Assembly: GCA_965248575.1 (NCBI GenBank)
Contig: CBDFJQ010000002.1
Span: 448,001 to 512,000, forward strand
Source of the DNA: Planctomycetota bacterium
GTDB lineage: Bacteria; Planctomycetota; B15-G4
DNA length: 64,000 nt
Direction: 5' to 3'
In this document: positions 26,921 to 39,753 of the stretch, piece by piece
How the letters are laid out: each line of letters begins with the position of its first letter
Position numbering within the stretch: position 1 is the first letter of the stretch
The notes under the pieces: model-generated
Database searches by the model: none
The model's input: only the letters and a program-made list of their open reading frames with translations
What the model was told of the DNA's origin: nothing
Translations under genes and position numbers: made by a program

Positions 26921-29900
26921 CACCTTCCACCGCGTCCGTGTCCGTGTCTGACGCCCTGAGCCGCCTGCTGGCGGAGCGCATCCTGGTGATGGACGGAGCC
27001 ATGGGCAGCCTCATCCAGCAGCGGGAGCTCACCGAGCAGGACTTTCGGGGCGACCGCTTCCAGGAGCACGGGACTGACCTTCAGGGGAACAATGACCTGC
27101 TGGTGCTCACGCGCCCTGACGTGATTGGGGAGATCCACCGCGAATACCTGGAGGCCGGGTCAGACATCATCGAGACCAACACCTTCAGCGGCACGGCTAT
27201 CGCGCAAGCCGATTACTCCATGCAGTCGGTGGTCCGGGAGTTGAACCGTGAAGCGGCTCGCCTGGCTCTTGAGGCAGCTGCCGAATACACCGCCAAGACG
27301 CCCGACCGGCCGCGCTTCGTTGCTGGAGCGCTGGGCCCCACCAACCGGACCTTGTCCCTGTCACCTCGTGTGGAAGACCCGGGCTTCCGGGCCGTGACCT
27401 TCGATGAGGTGCGTGAGGCCTACGCCGAACAGGTGCGCGGCTTGCTCGAGGGAGGCGTGGATCTCCTGCTGGTCGAGACCATCTTCGACACCTTGAACGC
27501 CAAGGCGGCCCTGGCTGGCATCGAGCTCGTGTTCCAGGAGTTGGATACACGGGTGCCGATCATGATCAGCGTGACCATCACGGACAACAGCGGGCGAACC
27601 CTGTCGGGTCAGACCCTGGAGGCCTTCTGGACGTCGGTGCGCCACGCGAAGCCGTTCAGTGTCGGCATCAACTGCGCTTTGGGCGCGGCGCAGATGCGGC
27701 CCTACATGGCAGAGCTCGCGGGGATCGCAGACTGCTGGGCAAGCGCCTACCCGAACGCTGGCTTGCCCAACGCCTTCGGTGGATACGACGAGTCGCCCGA
27801 GACCACGGCGGAGCACCTGGGAGAGTGGGCGGCCAGCGGCTTGGTGAACATCGTGGGCGGCTGCTGCGGCACGACGCCTGGGCATGTGAAGGCCATCAAG
27901 GATGCCGTGAAAGGCATCAAACCGCGCTCCCAGGTCGACGCCCCCGAACTCACCACCTACAGCGGCTTGGAGACACTCACCGTCCGCCCAGACGCCAACT
28001 TCCTGATGATCGGCGAGCGCACCAATGTGACGGGCTCGCGCAAGTTCGCGAAGTTGATCCTCAACGACGACTTCGCCACGGCCCTCGAGGTGGCGCTGCA
28101 CCAGGTGCGGGGTGGCGCCAACATCCTCGACGTCAACATGGATGAGGGCATGTTGGATGGCGCTGCGGCCATGACCCGATTCCTCAACCTCGTGGGCAGT
28201 GAACCGGAGATCACGCGCCTGCCCATCATGATCGACAGCAGCAAGTGGGAGGTCATCGAGGCCGGCCTGAAGTGCGTGCAGGGGAAGGCCATCGTGAACT
28301 CCATCAGCATGAAGGAAGGCGAGGAGCTCTTCCTGGAACGGGCCCGGGTGCTGCGCGGCTACGGCGCCGCCATGGTCGTCATGGCGTTCGATGAGATGGG
28401 GCAGGCGGACACGGTCGAGCGGAAGGTCGAGATCTGCCAACGGGCCTACAAGCTGCTCACAGAGCAGGCGGGGGTCTCGCCCCAGGACATCATCTTCGAC
28501 CCCAACATCCTGGCGGTGGCCACGGGCATCGAGGAGCACGACCCGTACGCCGTGAACTTCATCAAGGCCACCCGCATCATCAAGGAGACCTGCCCCGGTG
28601 CACGGGTGAGCGGAGGCGTGAGCAACCTGAGCTTCTCCTTCCGCGGCAACAACCTCGTGCGCGAGGCCATGCACTCGGCCTTCCTGTATCACGCAATCCG
28701 CGCCGGAATGGACATGGGCATCGTGAACGCGGGTCAGCTGGTGGTCTACGAAGACATCCCTGCCGAGCTGCTGGAGCACGTGGAGGATGTGATCCTCAAC
28801 CGTCGGAGCGATGCCACGGAGCGCCTCGTGACCCTCGCGGAGACGGTCAAGGGTTCAGGAATGAAACGTGAGCTGGACCTGAGCTGGCGCGAGGGCGGCG
28901 TGGAGGAACGCCTGAGCTACGCCTTGGTGCATGGGATCGTGGACTGGATCGAAGAGGACACGGAGGAGGCAAGGCTCAAGCTCCCGCGCCCACTGAACGT
29001 CATCGAGGGCCCGCTCATGGATGGCATGAGCGTCGTGGGTGACCTCTTCGGCGCTGGCAAGATGTTCTTGCCACAAGTGGTGAAGAGCGCGCGCGTCATG
29101 AAGAAGGCTGTCGCCTGGCTCAACCCCTTCATGGAGGCCGAGAAGCTGAGCGCGGCGGCAGAGGGTTCCGAGGTCGCCTCACGCAACCAGAGCAAGGTCG
29201 TCCTGGCCACCGTCAAAGGCGATGTGCACGACATCGGCAAGAACATCGTGGGCGTGGTGCTCGGCTGCAACAACTACGAGATCATCGACCTCGGCGTCAT
29301 GGTCACCGCGGACGTGATCCTCAGCACGGCGGAGAAGGAGGGGGCCGACATCGTGGGGCTCTCCGGCCTGATCACGCCATCCCTTGATGAGATGGCACAA
29401 GTTTCCCGGGAGATGGAGCGGCGGGGCATGAAACAGCCCTTGCTCATCGGCGGTGCCACCACCAGTCGCCAGCACACGGCCGTGAAGATCGCTCCCGGCT
29501 ATGAGCAGCCCACGGTGCACGTGCTTGACGCCTCACGTGCCGTCAACGTGGTCTCCAAGCTGCTCGATTCCAAGCGCCGCCGTGCGTTCCTGAAGGAGAA
29601 CATCTCCTCCCAGGAGCAGCTGCGTTATGTGTACTCCCAACGGGTGGACGACCCCGTTCGCCCGCTGGCCACGGCCGTGGACAACCGTCGGGCGTTGGAC
29701 TGGTCGGACATGGCGCCCCCTGCCCCGTCCTTCACGGGTGTCCGTTGCGTCGAGCTTCCGATGAGCGAAGTTGCCGAACTCATCGACTGGACGTTCTTCT
29801 TCCATGCTTGGGAGATCAAAGGCAGCTACCCCAGCCTGCTGGACCACCCCGACCACGGCCCGGCGGCCCGGGAGCTGTTCGAGAACGGCAAGACCCTCCT

Positions 29901-30657
29901 GAAGCGCATCCTGGACGAGGAGTTGCTCACGGGCAAAGCCATGTGGGGCTTCTGGCCCGCGAGTGCAGAGGGTGAGGATCTCGTCTTGCACGAGCCGGAC
30001 GCCGAGGGCCGCGCATCCGGGGAACGCCTACGCATCCCCATGCTGCGCAATCAGGCAGAGCTGTCGAAGGGGCGACCCAATGAATCCCTCGTGGACTACG
30101 TGGCTCCTGCGAGCAGCGGCCGGCAGGATTACGTCGGCGCCTTCGCCGTCACGACCGGCCTGGGTGCGGCGGAGCTGGCAGAGGACTTCGAGCGCGATCA
30201 CGATGACTACAACGCGATCCTCGTCAAGGCACTCGCTGATCGACTGGCAGAGGCGGGGGCCGAGTGGTGCCATCGGGAGGCGCGGCGGGCCTGGGGCATC
30301 GCCGACGCGGAGCCGCAGGGCGAATCACTGGTGCACTTGATCAAGGAGGACTTCCAGGGCATTCGCCCCGCCTTCGGGTACCCCGCATGCCCCGACCATG
30401 AACCGAAGCACGCCTTGTTCGAACTGCTCGACGCTGCATCGATCGGCATGAGCCTGACCGAGAGTGGGGCGATGCTGCCGGCGGCCAGCGTCAGCGGACT
30501 TTACTTCTCGCATCCGGACTCGCACTACTTCAGCGTCGGGCGCATCGATCGGGATCAGGTGACGGACTACGCCCGGCGTTGTGCGGAGGAGGTCTCCGCG
30601 GTGGAGCGCCGGTTGGGACCCTGGTTGGCCTACGACCCAGAAGCACCGCAGCTCTAG
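26917..30657 (+). CDS. metH: Cobalamin-dependent methionine synthase
   Basis: [31 protein letters not shown] (B12-binding), [20 protein letters not shown]; 1246 aa. Confidence 0.98.
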   Translation: MTPSTASVSVSDALSRLLAERILVMDGAMGSLIQQRELTEQDFRGDRFQEHGTDLQGNNDLLVLTRPDVIGEIHREYLEAGSDIIETNTFSGTAIAQADYSMQSVVRELNREAARLALEAAAEYTAKTPDRPRFVAGALGPTNRTLSLSPRVEDPGFRAVTFDEVREAYAEQVRGLLEGGVDLLLVETIFDTLNAKAALAGIELVFQELDTRVPIMISVTITDNSGRTLSGQTLEAFWTSVRHAKPFSVGINCALGAAQMRPYMAELAGIADCWASAYPNAGLPNAFGGYDESPETTAEHLGEWAASGLVNIVGGCCGTTPGHVKAIKDAVKGIKPRSQVDAPELTTYSGLETLTVRPDANFLMIGERTNVTGSRKFAKLILNDDFATALEVALHQVRGGANILDVNMDEGMLDGAAAMTRFLNLVGSEPEITRLPIMIDSSKWEVIEAGLKCVQGKAIVNSISMKEGEELFLERARVLRGYGAAMVVMAFDEMGQADTVERKVEICQRAYKLLTEQAGVSPQDIIFDPNILAVATGIEEHDPYAVNFIKATRIIKETCPGARVSGGVSNLSFSFRGNNLVREAMHSAFLYHAIRAGMDMGIVNAGQLVVYEDIPAELLEHVEDVILNRRSDATERLVTLAETVKGSGMKRELDLSWREGGVEERLSYALVHGIVDWIEEDTEEARLKLPRPLNVIEGPLMDGMSVVGDLFGAGKMFLPQVVKSARVMKKAVAWLNPFMEAEKLSAAAEGSEVASRNQSKVVLATVKGDVHDIGKNIVGVVLGCNNYEIIDLGVMVTADVILSTAEKEGADIVGLSGLITPSLDEMAQVSREMERRGMKQPLLIGGATTSRQHTAVKIAPGYEQPTVHVLDASRAVNVVSKLLDSKRRRAFLKENISSQEQLRYVYSQRVDDPVRPLATAVDNRRALDWSDMAPPAPSFTGVRCVELPMSEVAELIDWTFFFHAWEIKGSYPSLLDHPDHGPAARELFENGKTLLKRILDEELLTGKAMWGFWPASAEGEDLVLHEPDAEGRASGERLRIPMLRNQAELSKGRPNESLVDYVAPASSGRQDYVGAFAVTTGLGAAELAEDFERDHDDYNAILVKALADRLAEAGAEWCHREARRAWGIADAEPQGESLVHLIKEDFQGIRPAFGYPACPDHEPKHALFELLDAASIGMSLTESGAMLPAASVSGLYFSHPDSHYFSVGRIDRDQVTDYARRCAEEVSAVERRLGPWLAYDPEAPQL

Positions 30658-30663
30658 GTCGGC

Positions 30664-33075
30664 TCAGCCGTCACCGACAGCGGCCATGCCCGGGCGCCCA
30701 CACCAGCGTTCGATGGCCTCGTAGAGGCGGTCCGGCTTGACCGGCTTCGGCACGTAGTCGTCCATGCCGGCTGCGCGGCAACGGTCGGCGTCCTCGGCCA
30801 TGGCATTGGCCGTCATGGCGATGATGACGGTGTGCCGGCCCGAGAGCTTGTCTTCCTCTCGGATGGCTGCCGTGGCGGCATAGCCGTCCATGCGGGGCAT
30901 CTGGCAGTCCATGAGGATGGCGTCGAAGTGCCGTTCGCGAATCGCTTCAACAGCCTCCTGCCCGTCGTTGGCGATCTGGCACGTGTAGCCGCGGCGCTTG
31001 AGCAGGCTCACAGCGACCTTCTGGTTGACGAGGTTGTCTTCGGCCACCAGCAGGTGGACGTCGGCGTTGTGCGCCTTGAGTGCCTCGAGCTCTTCCTCGA
31101 GCTCACGTTCGTCGTCGGTGTTCTTTTCCTCACGGGCTTCGAGGCCCAACGCCGAGGCAAGGGTATCGAACAGCTGGCTCGCCTTGACCGGCTTGGTCAG
31201 CAGGCCGGTGACGCCCAGCTTGGTGAGCTTCTTCTCGTCTTTCGCGGTGTAGTTGTTGCTGACCATGATCACAGGGATCTGCTTCAGGAGCTTGTCCCGA
31301 CGGATGAGTTCCGTGAACTCCTCGCCGTTCATCTCAGGCATCTCGCGATCGACGAGGACCAGGTTGAAGGAGCGGGGAGTGACGGCGTTCTCGCGCATGA
31401 CGGTGAACGCTTCCTCACCGCTCGAGACGAGCACCGGCCAGCAGCCCCAGGCTTCCAGGTGGTGCTGCAGAACCTTGCGGTGGGTGGCGTTGTCGTCGAC
31501 CACGAGCACGTGCAGCTCCGCGAAGTTCGGGGCGAGCGTCACGCTGGGCGCCGGGGTGCTGCTCTGGAGACCGATGCGGGCAGTGAACCAGAAGGTGGAA
31601 CCGGAGCCGTCCACGCTCTCGACGCCCACGGAACCCTCCATGGCCTCCGCCAACTGCTTGCTGATAGCGAGCCCCAGCCCGGTCCCCCCGAAGCGCCGTG
31701 TGGTGGATGCGTCGACCTGGGTGAACTCGTTGAACAGGCAGTTGATCCGGTTGGAGGGGATGCCGATGCCCGTGTCCTTGACCGCGATCTTGAGCAGGGC
31801 GTCCTGCTCGTTGCTCTCCTCGACGCTGGCGGTCAAGACGATCTCGCCCTTGTGGGTGAACTTCAGGGCGTTGTTCATGAAGTTCAAGACGATCTGGCGC
31901 AAGCGCCCGGGGTCGCCGCTGAGCTTGGCGGGGACATCGGGCTCCACCAGGCACATCATCTCCAAGCCCTTCTGTTGGGCGATGGGGTGCAGCAGGTCCG
32001 CAGCCCCTTCGATCACCGTGTGAAGATCGAAGTCGACGGCCTCGAGTTGCAGCTTGCCCGCCTCGATTTTTGAGTAGTCGAGGATGTCGTTGATGATACG
32101 CAGCAGCTGGTTGGCGCTGTCCATGACGGTGCTGGCGACCTCCGCCTGGTGCTTGTCCAGGTCGGTGTCCAGCAGGATGTTGGTCATGCCCATCACGCCG
32201 TTCATGGGCGTGCGGATCTCGTGACTCATGTTGGCCAGGAACTGGGCCTTCGCGACGGCTGCGGCCTGTGCTTCCTCCATGGAGACTTGCAACTGCTCAT
32301 TGACCTGGAGCAGCTCGTCGGTGCGTTTGGACACCTGGACTTCTAGCTGATCGGCGTGGACCTCCAGCGCGTGCTCGTGTTCCTCCATGGCCACGAGCAT
32401 CTCGTTGAAGGTCGCCGCCAGGTAGCCCACCTCGTCGGTCCCGAACGACGGCACGCGCACGGAGTAGTCGTGGTCCGTCCGCACCTTCTGTGCCGCTTGG
32501 CCCAAGGTGATGATGGGGCGGGACACCACGCGCTGCACAACGATGGCGAAGAGCAGGGCGACGAGCGAGGCGACGACGGCCACCATCGACATGGTCTCGA
32601 CGATGGCTTCGAAACGATGGTCGAGGTGAGCCAGGTTGCTGCGGACCCAGAGGGTGCCAATGGGCTGGCCCTTGAGTCGCACCGTCTCGTACATGGAGAC
32701 GCCGGTCTCGTCGAAGCTGTGCTTGGAGTGATCCACCGTCGGTGGGCGGAAATCCTCGGGGTTGCCGGGCCGTCCGAAGGACGCCACGACTTCGCCGTGT
32801 TCATCGAAGAGGCAGGCGGCCTCGATCTGCGGTTGGGCGCGGAACGCCTCCAGGGAGGCCTCCGCCTTGCTGCTGTCCTGGAACAGGAGCGAGGGGCCGC
32901 AATTGGCACCCACGGCCTGGCTGAGCACGCGCAGTTGGTCGGCCAGGCCCTGCCGCGCCAGGTCGCGGTCCATGGTGGTGAACAGGACCCCCGCCGTGAG
33001 CAGGGCCATGCCCGCGGTGAGCATGATCACCAGCAGGAGCTTTTGGCGGACAGAGAGTCGGAGAAAAGGGCTCAC
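30664..33075 (-). CDS. Hybrid sensor histidine kinase (TM-periplasmic sensor-TM-HAMP-HisKA-HATPase-two receiver domains)
   Basis: GTG start near 33075 ([15 protein letters not shown]); [37 protein letters not shown] motifs [15 protein letters not shown] and [16 protein letters not shown]. Confidence 0.92.
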   Translation of the reverse strand: MSPFLRLSVRQKLLLVIMLTAGMALLTAGVLFTTMDRDLARQGLADQLRVLSQAVGANCGPSLLFQDSSKAEASLEAFRAQPQIEAACLFDEHGEVVASFGRPGNPEDFRPPTVDHSKHSFDETGVSMYETVRLKGQPIGTLWVRSNLAHLDHRFEAIVETMSMVAVVASLVALLFAIVVQRVVSRPIITLGQAAQKVRTDHDYSVRVPSFGTDEVGYLAATFNEMLVAMEEHEHALEVHADQLEVQVSKRTDELLQVNEQLQVSMEEAQAAAVAKAQFLANMSHEIRTPMNGVMGMTNILLDTDLDKHQAEVASTVMDSANQLLRIINDILDYSKIEAGKLQLEAVDFDLHTVIEGAADLLHPIAQQKGLEMMCLVEPDVPAKLSGDPGRLRQIVLNFMNNALKFTHKGEIVLTASVEESNEQDALLKIAVKDTGIGIPSNRINCLFNEFTQVDASTTRRFGGTGLGLAISKQLAEAMEGSVGVESVDGSGSTFWFTARIGLQSSTPAPSVTLAPNFAELHVLVVDDNATHRKVLQHHLEAWGCWPVLVSSGEEAFTVMRENAVTPRSFNLVLVDREMPEMNGEEFTELIRRDKLLKQIPVIMVSNNYTAKDEKKLTKLGVTGLLTKPVKASQLFDTLASALGLEAREEKNTDDERELEEELEALKAHNADVHLLVAEDNLVNQKVAVSLLKRRGYTCQIANDGQEAVEAIRERHFDAILMDCQMPRMDGYAATAAIREEDKLSGRHTVIIAMTANAMAEDADRCRAAGMDDYVPKPVKPDRLYEAIERWCGRPGMAAVGDG

Positions 33076-33174
33076 CCCTGCGCTATCGGCAAGGCTGACT
33101 CGCGGCCTGTAGGCCGGAAAGACGGCCAAATCCCATGTCTGGCCGCAGTGAGGCTGAAGGGATACAAACGTCCT

Positions 33175-33795
33175 ATGGCATTCTTCTTGTTGTTCGTCGG
33201 TCTGCCCCTGCTGGAGTTCCTGCTGCTTCTGGAAGTGGGGGAACAGCTGGGCTTCTTGAATACCCTCTGGCTGGTGCTGGGAACCGGCTTCCTGGGCGCC
33301 TCCCTGGCCCGCTGGCAGGGGGTGGGCGTCCTGACGCGTCTTCAGCAGGACCTCGCCGAGGGGCGAGCCCCGAAACAGACGGCCGTGGAGGGGGTGGTGA
33401 TCCTGCTTTCGGGGGTGGTGCTGCTGGCTCCGGGCTTCATAACGGATGCCCTGGGCTTGATGGGTCTCTTCCCACCTACCCGCAGATTCATGATCTGGGG
33501 CATGTCGCGGGTGCTGGCGCGAGCCACCAAGGAAGGGCGATTCGCGGGGGGCGCGCCAGGCGCTGGCCGAGCGGGGCCCTTCGGGTCGCGGATCTTCTTC
33601 TCGGGACGCATGGGCGGTCCGGGCCAAGGCCCTGGGGCCGAGCCTTTCGCGGAGGGAGGCATCAAGGACGCGACCGTGGTCCGTCAACGCACCGGCCCGA
33701 GAGAGGATGGGCCAGCTGAAGACGACGCAGGACGCGCGGGGCTCCCTGAAGGAGGGGACGGCTCCTCGAGCGCCGGAGGCTCCTCGCCGGCGTGA
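33175..33795 (+). CDS. fxsA: FxsA family membrane protein
   Basis: [39 protein letters not shown]. Confidence 0.88.
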   Translation: MAFFLLFVGLPLLEFLLLLEVGEQLGFLNTLWLVLGTGFLGASLARWQGVGVLTRLQQDLAEGRAPKQTAVEGVVILLSGVVLLAPGFITDALGLMGLFPPTRRFMIWGMSRVLARATKEGRFAGGAPGAGRAGPFGSRIFFSGRMGGPGQGPGAEPFAEGGIKDATVVRQRTGPREDGPAEDDAGRAGLPEGGDGSSSAGGSSPA

Positions 33796-36700
33796 GCGTC
33801 TCCTCGACAGCCGGAAGTGGCGCCCAGGGCAGGGTGTCGCAAGCCTTGCTGCTGCTCCTGCTGTGGCCCTGGATGTGTTCTGCCTGTTCTGACCCGGGTT
33901 CTGATCCCGGGTCCGCTCTGGGTTCCGATCTGGGTGCCGACCCGGCAACGGGTGCGCCTTCCAGCTGGAGCGACGGTAGTCGACGGCTGACTGACCTCTC
34001 GGGTCGCGGCTGGACCGTGGCCCTGGATCCCGATGCGGATTGGGAGAGCGACACCCTCTTTCTACCCGGAGTCGAGCCAGCCTCCTTGGATGTCGCGGCG
34101 CCGAGTGCGGGGTGGGATGCCCTGGCCACGCTGGGTCGACCCGTCAGCGTTCCAGGAACGGTTGAAGGCCTCTTCTGGGACGAGCTGGGCGGCGACTACG
34201 TGGGTGTCAGTCACTGGTCACGCAGCTTCGAAGTACCGCAGCTGCTCGATGGCCAGCGGGCCATGCTGTGTTTTGAAGCCGTGCGCTTGCGAGCGGAGGT
34301 CTTCGTGGACCGCAAGTTGGTGGGCTACGACGCCGTGGGCAACACGCCCTTCGAGGTGGACATCAGCGACGCGTGCCAGCTGCCGGGGTCGCACGAACTG
34401 GTGGTGCGCGTCACGGACCCCGGTGGGAACTTCGATTGGCGCGACTACGATGCCCATCGCTGGGGGACGTTGCCCGACGCCCAGACCCTCCCGGCGAGTC
34501 ACGGCTTCGGGGGCGTGTCGGGCCCGGTGCGCTTGGAGTTGCGCGATGCCCTGCATCTCTCGGACGTGTTTGTCGCGAACACCCCAAGCCTGAAGGAGGT
34601 CCTTGTCACCATCGCCTATGGTGGCCCGGAAGCACCCAAACCGGGCGACGTGGCACCCGATCTGCGACTCCAGCTGGGAGCGGTGGCGAGCGGACCCCAG
34701 AGTCGGCGTGGGGCTGGCTGGGATGGGGAACTGCTCGTCGATCAGTGGGTGACGGGAGGCGTGGTGGAGCAGGGCCTCGACGGGGCGTGCCTCCGCGTGC
34801 GCCTGTCCGTACCCGAGGCCCGGCCGTGGTCTCCGAGTTCTCCGCAACTCTACCGCTGTCGGGCCAGTCTCGGAGAGAGCCCGGCCAGCGCTCTCGACAG
34901 CAGCGATTCCGGGGACGCCCTGAGCGTGCGTTTCGGTTTCCGATGGTTCGAAGCCACCGGCATCGGCGAGGACGCTGTCCTGCGCCTGAACGGTCAGCGC
35001 ACCGTCCTGCGCTCGGCCATCAGTTGGGGTTTCTGGCCTGTGACGGGCCTGGTGCCCACGCCCGAGCTGGCTGTTCGACAGGTGCGCGCCGCCCAGAACC
35101 TGGGGCTCAACATGTTGAACCACCACCGGACCATCGCGGCGCCCGGCCTGCTGGATGTGCACGACGAGTTGGGCTTGCTCGCCTACGAAGAGCCCGGCGG
35201 CTACTGGGCCCAGGGCGGTGACGATTTCTGCGCTGCACTCGCCCGGGAGAAGTGGCTGCGCATGATCCGGCGGGACCGCAATCATCCCTCGGTCGTGATT
35301 TTCAACATGATCAACGAGTCGAAGGTGTTGCCGGAGGGCCGTTTCGAACGGGACCTGTTGGATGCCCAGCGCTTGGACCCGACCCGCATCCTGACGTACA
35401 CCTCGGCCTGGGCCGAGGAGGATGACCCGGCGCTCGGCCTGCACGCTCGACCAGGGCAGCAAGGCCTGCACGCGAGCGGTTGGTGGGACCAGCACAACGC
35501 CCCCGGCCCCGGCACCGACCGGGATGAACATTGGAACGGCCCCGAGGACTACCTCCGCCGCAGTGAGAACAGACGGGACGTCGTGTTCTGGGGTGAAGAG
35601 GGCGCCATCGCCACGCAGCCCCGACTGGCGCTCATCGCGGCAGAAGTGGAGCGAGAGCATCCGGGTTGGGATGGCAGTGCCTATCTCGAGTGGAAGGCCG
35701 CCTATGACGACTACTTCACCGAGAAGGGCTGGGAGGAGTTCTTTCCAGACCTCGACAGCCTCACCCGGAGCCTGGGAGACATCGCCTACACCTATCAGGC
35801 GACGGCGATCACGAACATCCGCCTGGGCGATGTCGCCGACGGTTATGTGGTCAATGGCTGGGAGGGCAGCCGCTTCGAGAATCACTCGGGCATCGTGGAT
35901 TCCTGGCGGCACCCCAAGGGGCATGTCGAACTCCTGGCCGAAGCCAATGCCCCCGTGTCGCTCCAGCTCAAGTTGCGACAGCGAGTGGTGCACGTGGGCA
36001 CCGATCACGGAGCCGGCGTCGTGTCACCCAGCGTGGTGCTGGCCGATGTGGGGCTCATCAATGAGCGGGGGCTGCGTGGCCCGCATGAGCTGCGACTGAC
36101 GGTGAGAGACTCCTCCGGTGCTGCCCAGCGCAGCACCACCCGGGCGGTGACCGTGAGCGGGGGCGATGTGTTCGGGGAAGTGCTCGAGCGCGGTCTGCGG
36201 GTGCTCGTGGATGGTGGGCCGGGCATGTACACGGTGCACGCCGAGCTCTGGCCTGTCGGCGGCGGGGCGGGCGCCGTGGTGACGGGGCAGTCGGAACTGC
36301 TGCTGGTGGATTGGCGTGGTCGACCCGTCCCAGAGGACGGCGCACTGGTGTCCACGGCGGGTCCCCTCGGCTACTTCCTCAATGTGGCCCACGGGGCGGA
36401 GGTCCCAGAGTTCCACGACGGGCTTCCACCCCTGCGCTGGATCGCAACGGATCACCTGGAGCCGGAGCCCAAGCTGCTGGTTCCCGGCGAGTACCTGCGG
36501 AGCCCGGAGGGCGAGCTGGGTCTGAAGGGCGCCTATTACGATGGCGCAGCCTTCCAGCAGTTCGAGCAGGAGCGAACGGACGCCGAGCTGCATTTCCTGT
36601 TCTCTGACGAGGGCCCGTTCCCTGCCTTGGGTGGGACGGACTTTTCGGTCCGTTGGACAGGCAGCCTCGTGCCGCCAGAAACAGGTGTCTATCGTTTCCA

Positions 36701-37382
36701 CACCGAGAGCAGTGGCGGCGTGAGGCTCTGGGTCGACGGGCGCTTGGTGCTTGAGGAGTGGAGTGAGCACAGCCCGCAGCAGGACTCCAGCGAGGCCTTG
36801 TCCTTGGTGCAGGGGCAGGCAGTGTCGCTGAGGCTCGACTTCTTTCAGGAAGACGACAATGCGCGAGTCCGCTTGCTCTGGACGCCGCCCGAAGCCTCCG
36901 CCCGGGGGCGCGCCCTGGTCGAGGAGTTTGGTCGTCGCGTCGCTGAGGACGGCACGACCTTGCTCGTGCTGGACCACGCCACCTCCTGGGCACGATTACT
37001 CGCCGACGCAGGGCTCATCGAGTGGGCGGGAGTCTTGCCCATGGGGCGCTATTGGCTGGGAGGCAACTACTTCGTCAGGGAGCATCCGCTGTTCAAGGAC
37101 CTGCCGGTGAATGGCGGCATGTCCTGGCCCTACCAGGAACTCGTCCACTACGGCATGCCGGGTTTTGGCCTGCGCCTGCAGGGCGAGGAAGCGGTGGCTG
37201 CCTGCATCACCGGGCACACTCCCGAACTGGCAACCAGCGTCGGTGTGGTGCGGCATGGCCGGGGTCGCATCGTGCTGTCGACCTTGGATCTGCCCCGTGC
37301 CATCCCGGGCCCTGCCGGGCCCCACGATGTGCCCAAGGCTCTGCTGATGAACTTCCTTGAGTACGCAGTCTCCGAGCACTGA
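33792..37382 (+). CDS. Glycoside hydrolase family 2 with PA14 domain, probable lipoprotein
   Basis: GH2 N-domain ([22 protein letters not shown]), [22 protein letters not shown] (acid/base), FWGEEG; PA14 GLKGAYY...[25 protein letters not shown]. Confidence 0.88.
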   Translation: MSVSSTAGSGAQGRVSQALLLLLLWPWMCSACSDPGSDPGSALGSDLGADPATGAPSSWSDGSRRLTDLSGRGWTVALDPDADWESDTLFLPGVEPASLDVAAPSAGWDALATLGRPVSVPGTVEGLFWDELGGDYVGVSHWSRSFEVPQLLDGQRAMLCFEAVRLRAEVFVDRKLVGYDAVGNTPFEVDISDACQLPGSHELVVRVTDPGGNFDWRDYDAHRWGTLPDAQTLPASHGFGGVSGPVRLELRDALHLSDVFVANTPSLKEVLVTIAYGGPEAPKPGDVAPDLRLQLGAVASGPQSRRGAGWDGELLVDQWVTGGVVEQGLDGACLRVRLSVPEARPWSPSSPQLYRCRASLGESPASALDSSDSGDALSVRFGFRWFEATGIGEDAVLRLNGQRTVLRSAISWGFWPVTGLVPTPELAVRQVRAAQNLGLNMLNHHRTIAAPGLLDVHDELGLLAYEEPGGYWAQGGDDFCAALAREKWLRMIRRDRNHPSVVIFNMINESKVLPEGRFERDLLDAQRLDPTRILTYTSAWAEEDDPALGLHARPGQQGLHASGWWDQHNAPGPGTDRDEHWNGPEDYLRRSENRRDVVFWGEEGAIATQPRLALIAAEVEREHPGWDGSAYLEWKAAYDDYFTEKGWEEFFPDLDSLTRSLGDIAYTYQATAITNIRLGDVADGYVVNGWEGSRFENHSGIVDSWRHPKGHVELLAEANAPVSLQLKLRQRVVHVGTDHGAGVVSPSVVLADVGLINERGLRGPHELRLTVRDSSGAAQRSTTRAVTVSGGDVFGEVLERGLRVLVDGGPGMYTVHAELWPVGGGAGAVVTGQSELLLVDWRGRPVPEDGALVSTAGPLGYFLNVAHGAEVPEFHDGLPPLRWIATDHLEPEPKLLVPGEYLRSPEGELGLKGAYYDGAAFQQFEQERTDAELHFLFSDEGPFPALGGTDFSVRWTGSLVPPETGVYRFHTESSGGVRLWVDGRLVLEEWSEHSPQQDSSEALSLVQGQAVSLRLDFFQEDDNARVRLLWTPPEASARGRALVEEFGRRVAEDGTTLLVLDHATSWARLLADAGLIEWAGVLPMGRYWLGGNYFVREHPLFKDLPVNGGMSWPYQELVHYGMPGFGLRLQGEEAVAACITGHTPELATSVGVVRHGRGRIVLSTLDLPRAIPGPAGPHDVPKALLMNFLEYAVSEH

Positions 37383-37552
37383 TGGCACAGCCCCTCTAGG
37401 GGCCCGGAGGCGGATTCAGACCCACGAGCCGGGAAAGCGCCGTAGGATGGGCGCCCCTCGCTCCGTGGTGTGCTGCAGTGCGCACTGCAATCGGAGCGCG
37501 TCCCCGGCTCTCTCCCTCTCTCCCTCTCTCCCCTCAGGCCGGACTCCACCTC

Positions 37553-39343
37553 ATGAAGGAGGTTCTCTTGCATCACAATCGTTCCGCATCCCGCACCGCT
37601 TGGGCCCTGGCTGCCCTGCTTCCTACCGCTCTCCTGGGCTTCGGCGCTGCACCGGCTGCCGCCCAAGCGGCGGGCAACTTCCAGCTCACCCCCGGCGGCT
37701 GGATCCAGCAAGACGGAGCTCACAGCCATCTCGTCGACCCACAGGTCGTGAGCGTGCGCTTCCTCGACGGGGCCACGCAGGTCGGAGAGCGCCTCGCTGC
37801 CTTCGGGGCGGCTGATGGGCTGCTGGAGGGGTTGAGCATCGTACGAAGCAACCGTCTGGGCATCGTGGACCTCGCGCTTCCTGAAGGCGCTGACCCGCTG
37901 CTCGTGGTGGCCGCCTTGCGCGCCCAGGCTGGCGTGGACTTTGCCGAGCCCAACACCCTGGGTGAGTACACCGCAACACCCAACGACACGAGCTACAGCA
38001 GCCAGTGGAACCTGAAGAACACCGGACAGTCGGGCGGGACGCCCGGCGCCGATGTGGATGCGGAAGCGGCCTGGGATATCCAGGACGGCGAAGCCTCCGT
38101 GATCATCGCCGTCTTGGACAGTGGCACGCAGTGGACCCACACCGACCTGGCCAGCAGCATCTGGTCCAACCCGGGTGAGACGCTCAACGGTCTCGACAGC
38201 GACAGCAACGGTTTCGTGGATGATGTCCGCGGCTGGGATTTTGACGGCAACGACAACGACCCCACCGGCAGCTTTTTCCACGGGACGTTCGTGGCGGGTT
38301 GCGTGGCAGCGTCCAGCAACAACGGGCAGGGCATTGCCGCCCTCGCCGGTGGGGCAGCCGACGGAGTGGGTTGCACCGTCATGCCGCTCAATGTGGGCAA
38401 CTTCTCGCCCAATGGTGCCGTGCTCGACGACGCCATCATCTACGCCGCTGACAACGGGGCCCGGGTCATCACCCTCAGCCTGTCGGTGGGCACCACCTCC
38501 GCCATCGATGCGGCTGTGATCTACGCGGCCGACGTGAAGGGCGTGTTCATCGATTGCGCCTCGGGCAACGGCGGCTCTTCCGTGGCCTACCCGGCGAACC
38601 TGTCCAGGATCATGGCAGTGGCCTCCACCAACCGGAACGACACCAAGTCGGGCTTCAGCAACCCGGGCCCGGAGGTCGAAGTGGCCGCGCCTGGTGAAGA
38701 CGTCATGTCCACGGACCTCGGCGGTGGCTACACCCTCAGCAGTGGCACGAGCTTCGCAGCGCCGCACGTGGCAGCGCTGGCTGGCCTGCTGTTCTCTGAG
38801 GACCCTGCGGCCACAGCGGCTGGCGTGCGCGCCATCATCCGTGCCACGGCCGACGACGTCGGAGCCTCTGGTTTCGACACCGGAACTGGTGACGGCAGGA
38901 TCAACGCCAAGAACGCCTTGCTGGCTCTCTCCGGAGGCTTCGTCTTCGGCCAAGCCGTCAACTACGGCTCGGGTGTCGCCGGCATGGGTGGTGTGACGCC
39001 GAGCATCGGCACGAGCGGAGGAGCCCCGTCCCAGGATGACCCGGGCTTCGCCATCACGATGCGCGGTGGTCGGCCAAGCAGCGTGGCCTACAACCTGTTG
39101 TCCCTGGGGGCTCTCAATGCACCCTTCGAGGGTGGCACCTTGTTGGTGGACCTGAGCCTGCCGTCGGCCAGCGTTGCGGCGATCGCCACTTCTGCCAACG
39201 GTGCCGCGACCCGCCCGCTCCCGATCCCGGACGACGTGATCTTCGTGGGTGTCCAGGCCTTCAGCCAGTGGATCGTGGTGGACGTGGACGGCCCCGCGGG
39301 CTTCTCCTTCACGGACGGGCTCGACCTGATCGTCGGGAGCTGA
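37553..39343 (+). CDS. Secreted S8 subtilisin-like serine protease with C-terminal beta domain
   Basis: Signal peptide, prodomain ending FAEPN; triad IAVLDSG / HGTFVAG / SGTSFAAPHVA. Confidence 0.93.
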   Translation: MKEVLLHHNRSASRTAWALAALLPTALLGFGAAPAAAQAAGNFQLTPGGWIQQDGAHSHLVDPQVVSVRFLDGATQVGERLAAFGAADGLLEGLSIVRSNRLGIVDLALPEGADPLLVVAALRAQAGVDFAEPNTLGEYTATPNDTSYSSQWNLKNTGQSGGTPGADVDAEAAWDIQDGEASVIIAVLDSGTQWTHTDLASSIWSNPGETLNGLDSDSNGFVDDVRGWDFDGNDNDPTGSFFHGTFVAGCVAASSNNGQGIAALAGGAADGVGCTVMPLNVGNFSPNGAVLDDAIIYAADNGARVITLSLSVGTTSAIDAAVIYAADVKGVFIDCASGNGGSSVAYPANLSRIMAVASTNRNDTKSGFSNPGPEVEVAAPGEDVMSTDLGGGYTLSSGTSFAAPHVAALAGLLFSEDPAATAAGVRAIIRATADDVGASGFDTGTGDGRINAKNALLALSGGFVFGQAVNYGSGVAGMGGVTPSIGTSGGAPSQDDPGFAITMRGGRPSSVAYNLLSLGALNAPFEGGTLLVDLSLPSASVAAIATSANGAATRPLPIPDDVIFVGVQAFSQWIVVDVDGPAGFSFTDGLDLIVGS

Positions 39344-39471
39344 TACCCGAGCGTCCGGCGCCTTCCGCGCTCTCGGCTTGTGAGCCGCGGGTGCGGAAGG
39401 TCCGGTGCGCGGACCGTCCCGCGTGCAGTTGCGCTCTCAGTCCTAGGAGAGCGGTCTCGAAACGGGGAGCA

Positions 39472-39753
39472 GTGGTGGGCGTCGACGGCAGAGCCTCGAA
39501 CGATGGGCCCGATGGGACCGATGGGCAGGAACCCGAGGGCTCCGTGTCCTCGGTCGTGGCCGTCGGCTTCGGGCTGCTGATCGGGTTCGGAATCGTGGGA
39601 CTGCAGGGAGGTTTTGAGTCGCAGCCCGCCGCAGCGGCCCCGACAGCGACTCCCCAGGGGTGGCCGCCGCACCTTTCGCCGCAGCTTCCGCCGGGCATTG
39701 ACGCGCAGGACGTGAGCGTGCTGATGGAGCAGTCGGAGCCCGACCAGGACTAG
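39472..39753 (+). CDS. Small hypothetical single-TM protein (about 93 aa)
   Basis: GGGGAG upstream of GTG; hydrophobic stretch VVAVGFGLLIGFGIVGL; stop overlaps thiC stop. Confidence 0.45.
   Translation: MVGVDGRASNDGPDGTDGQEPEGSVSSVVAVGFGLLIGFGIVGLQGGFESQPAAAAPTATPQGWPPHLSPQLPPGIDAQDVSVLMEQSEPDQD

Noticed and set aside
33076..33948. Apparent 291-aa N-terminal extension of the hybrid kinase
   Set aside because: It is antisense to fxsA; the kinase plausibly starts near 33075. Similar spurious extensions were trimmed from thiC, the exonuclease, exbD, lemA, acpS, the ATP-grasp gene and the CusS-like kinase
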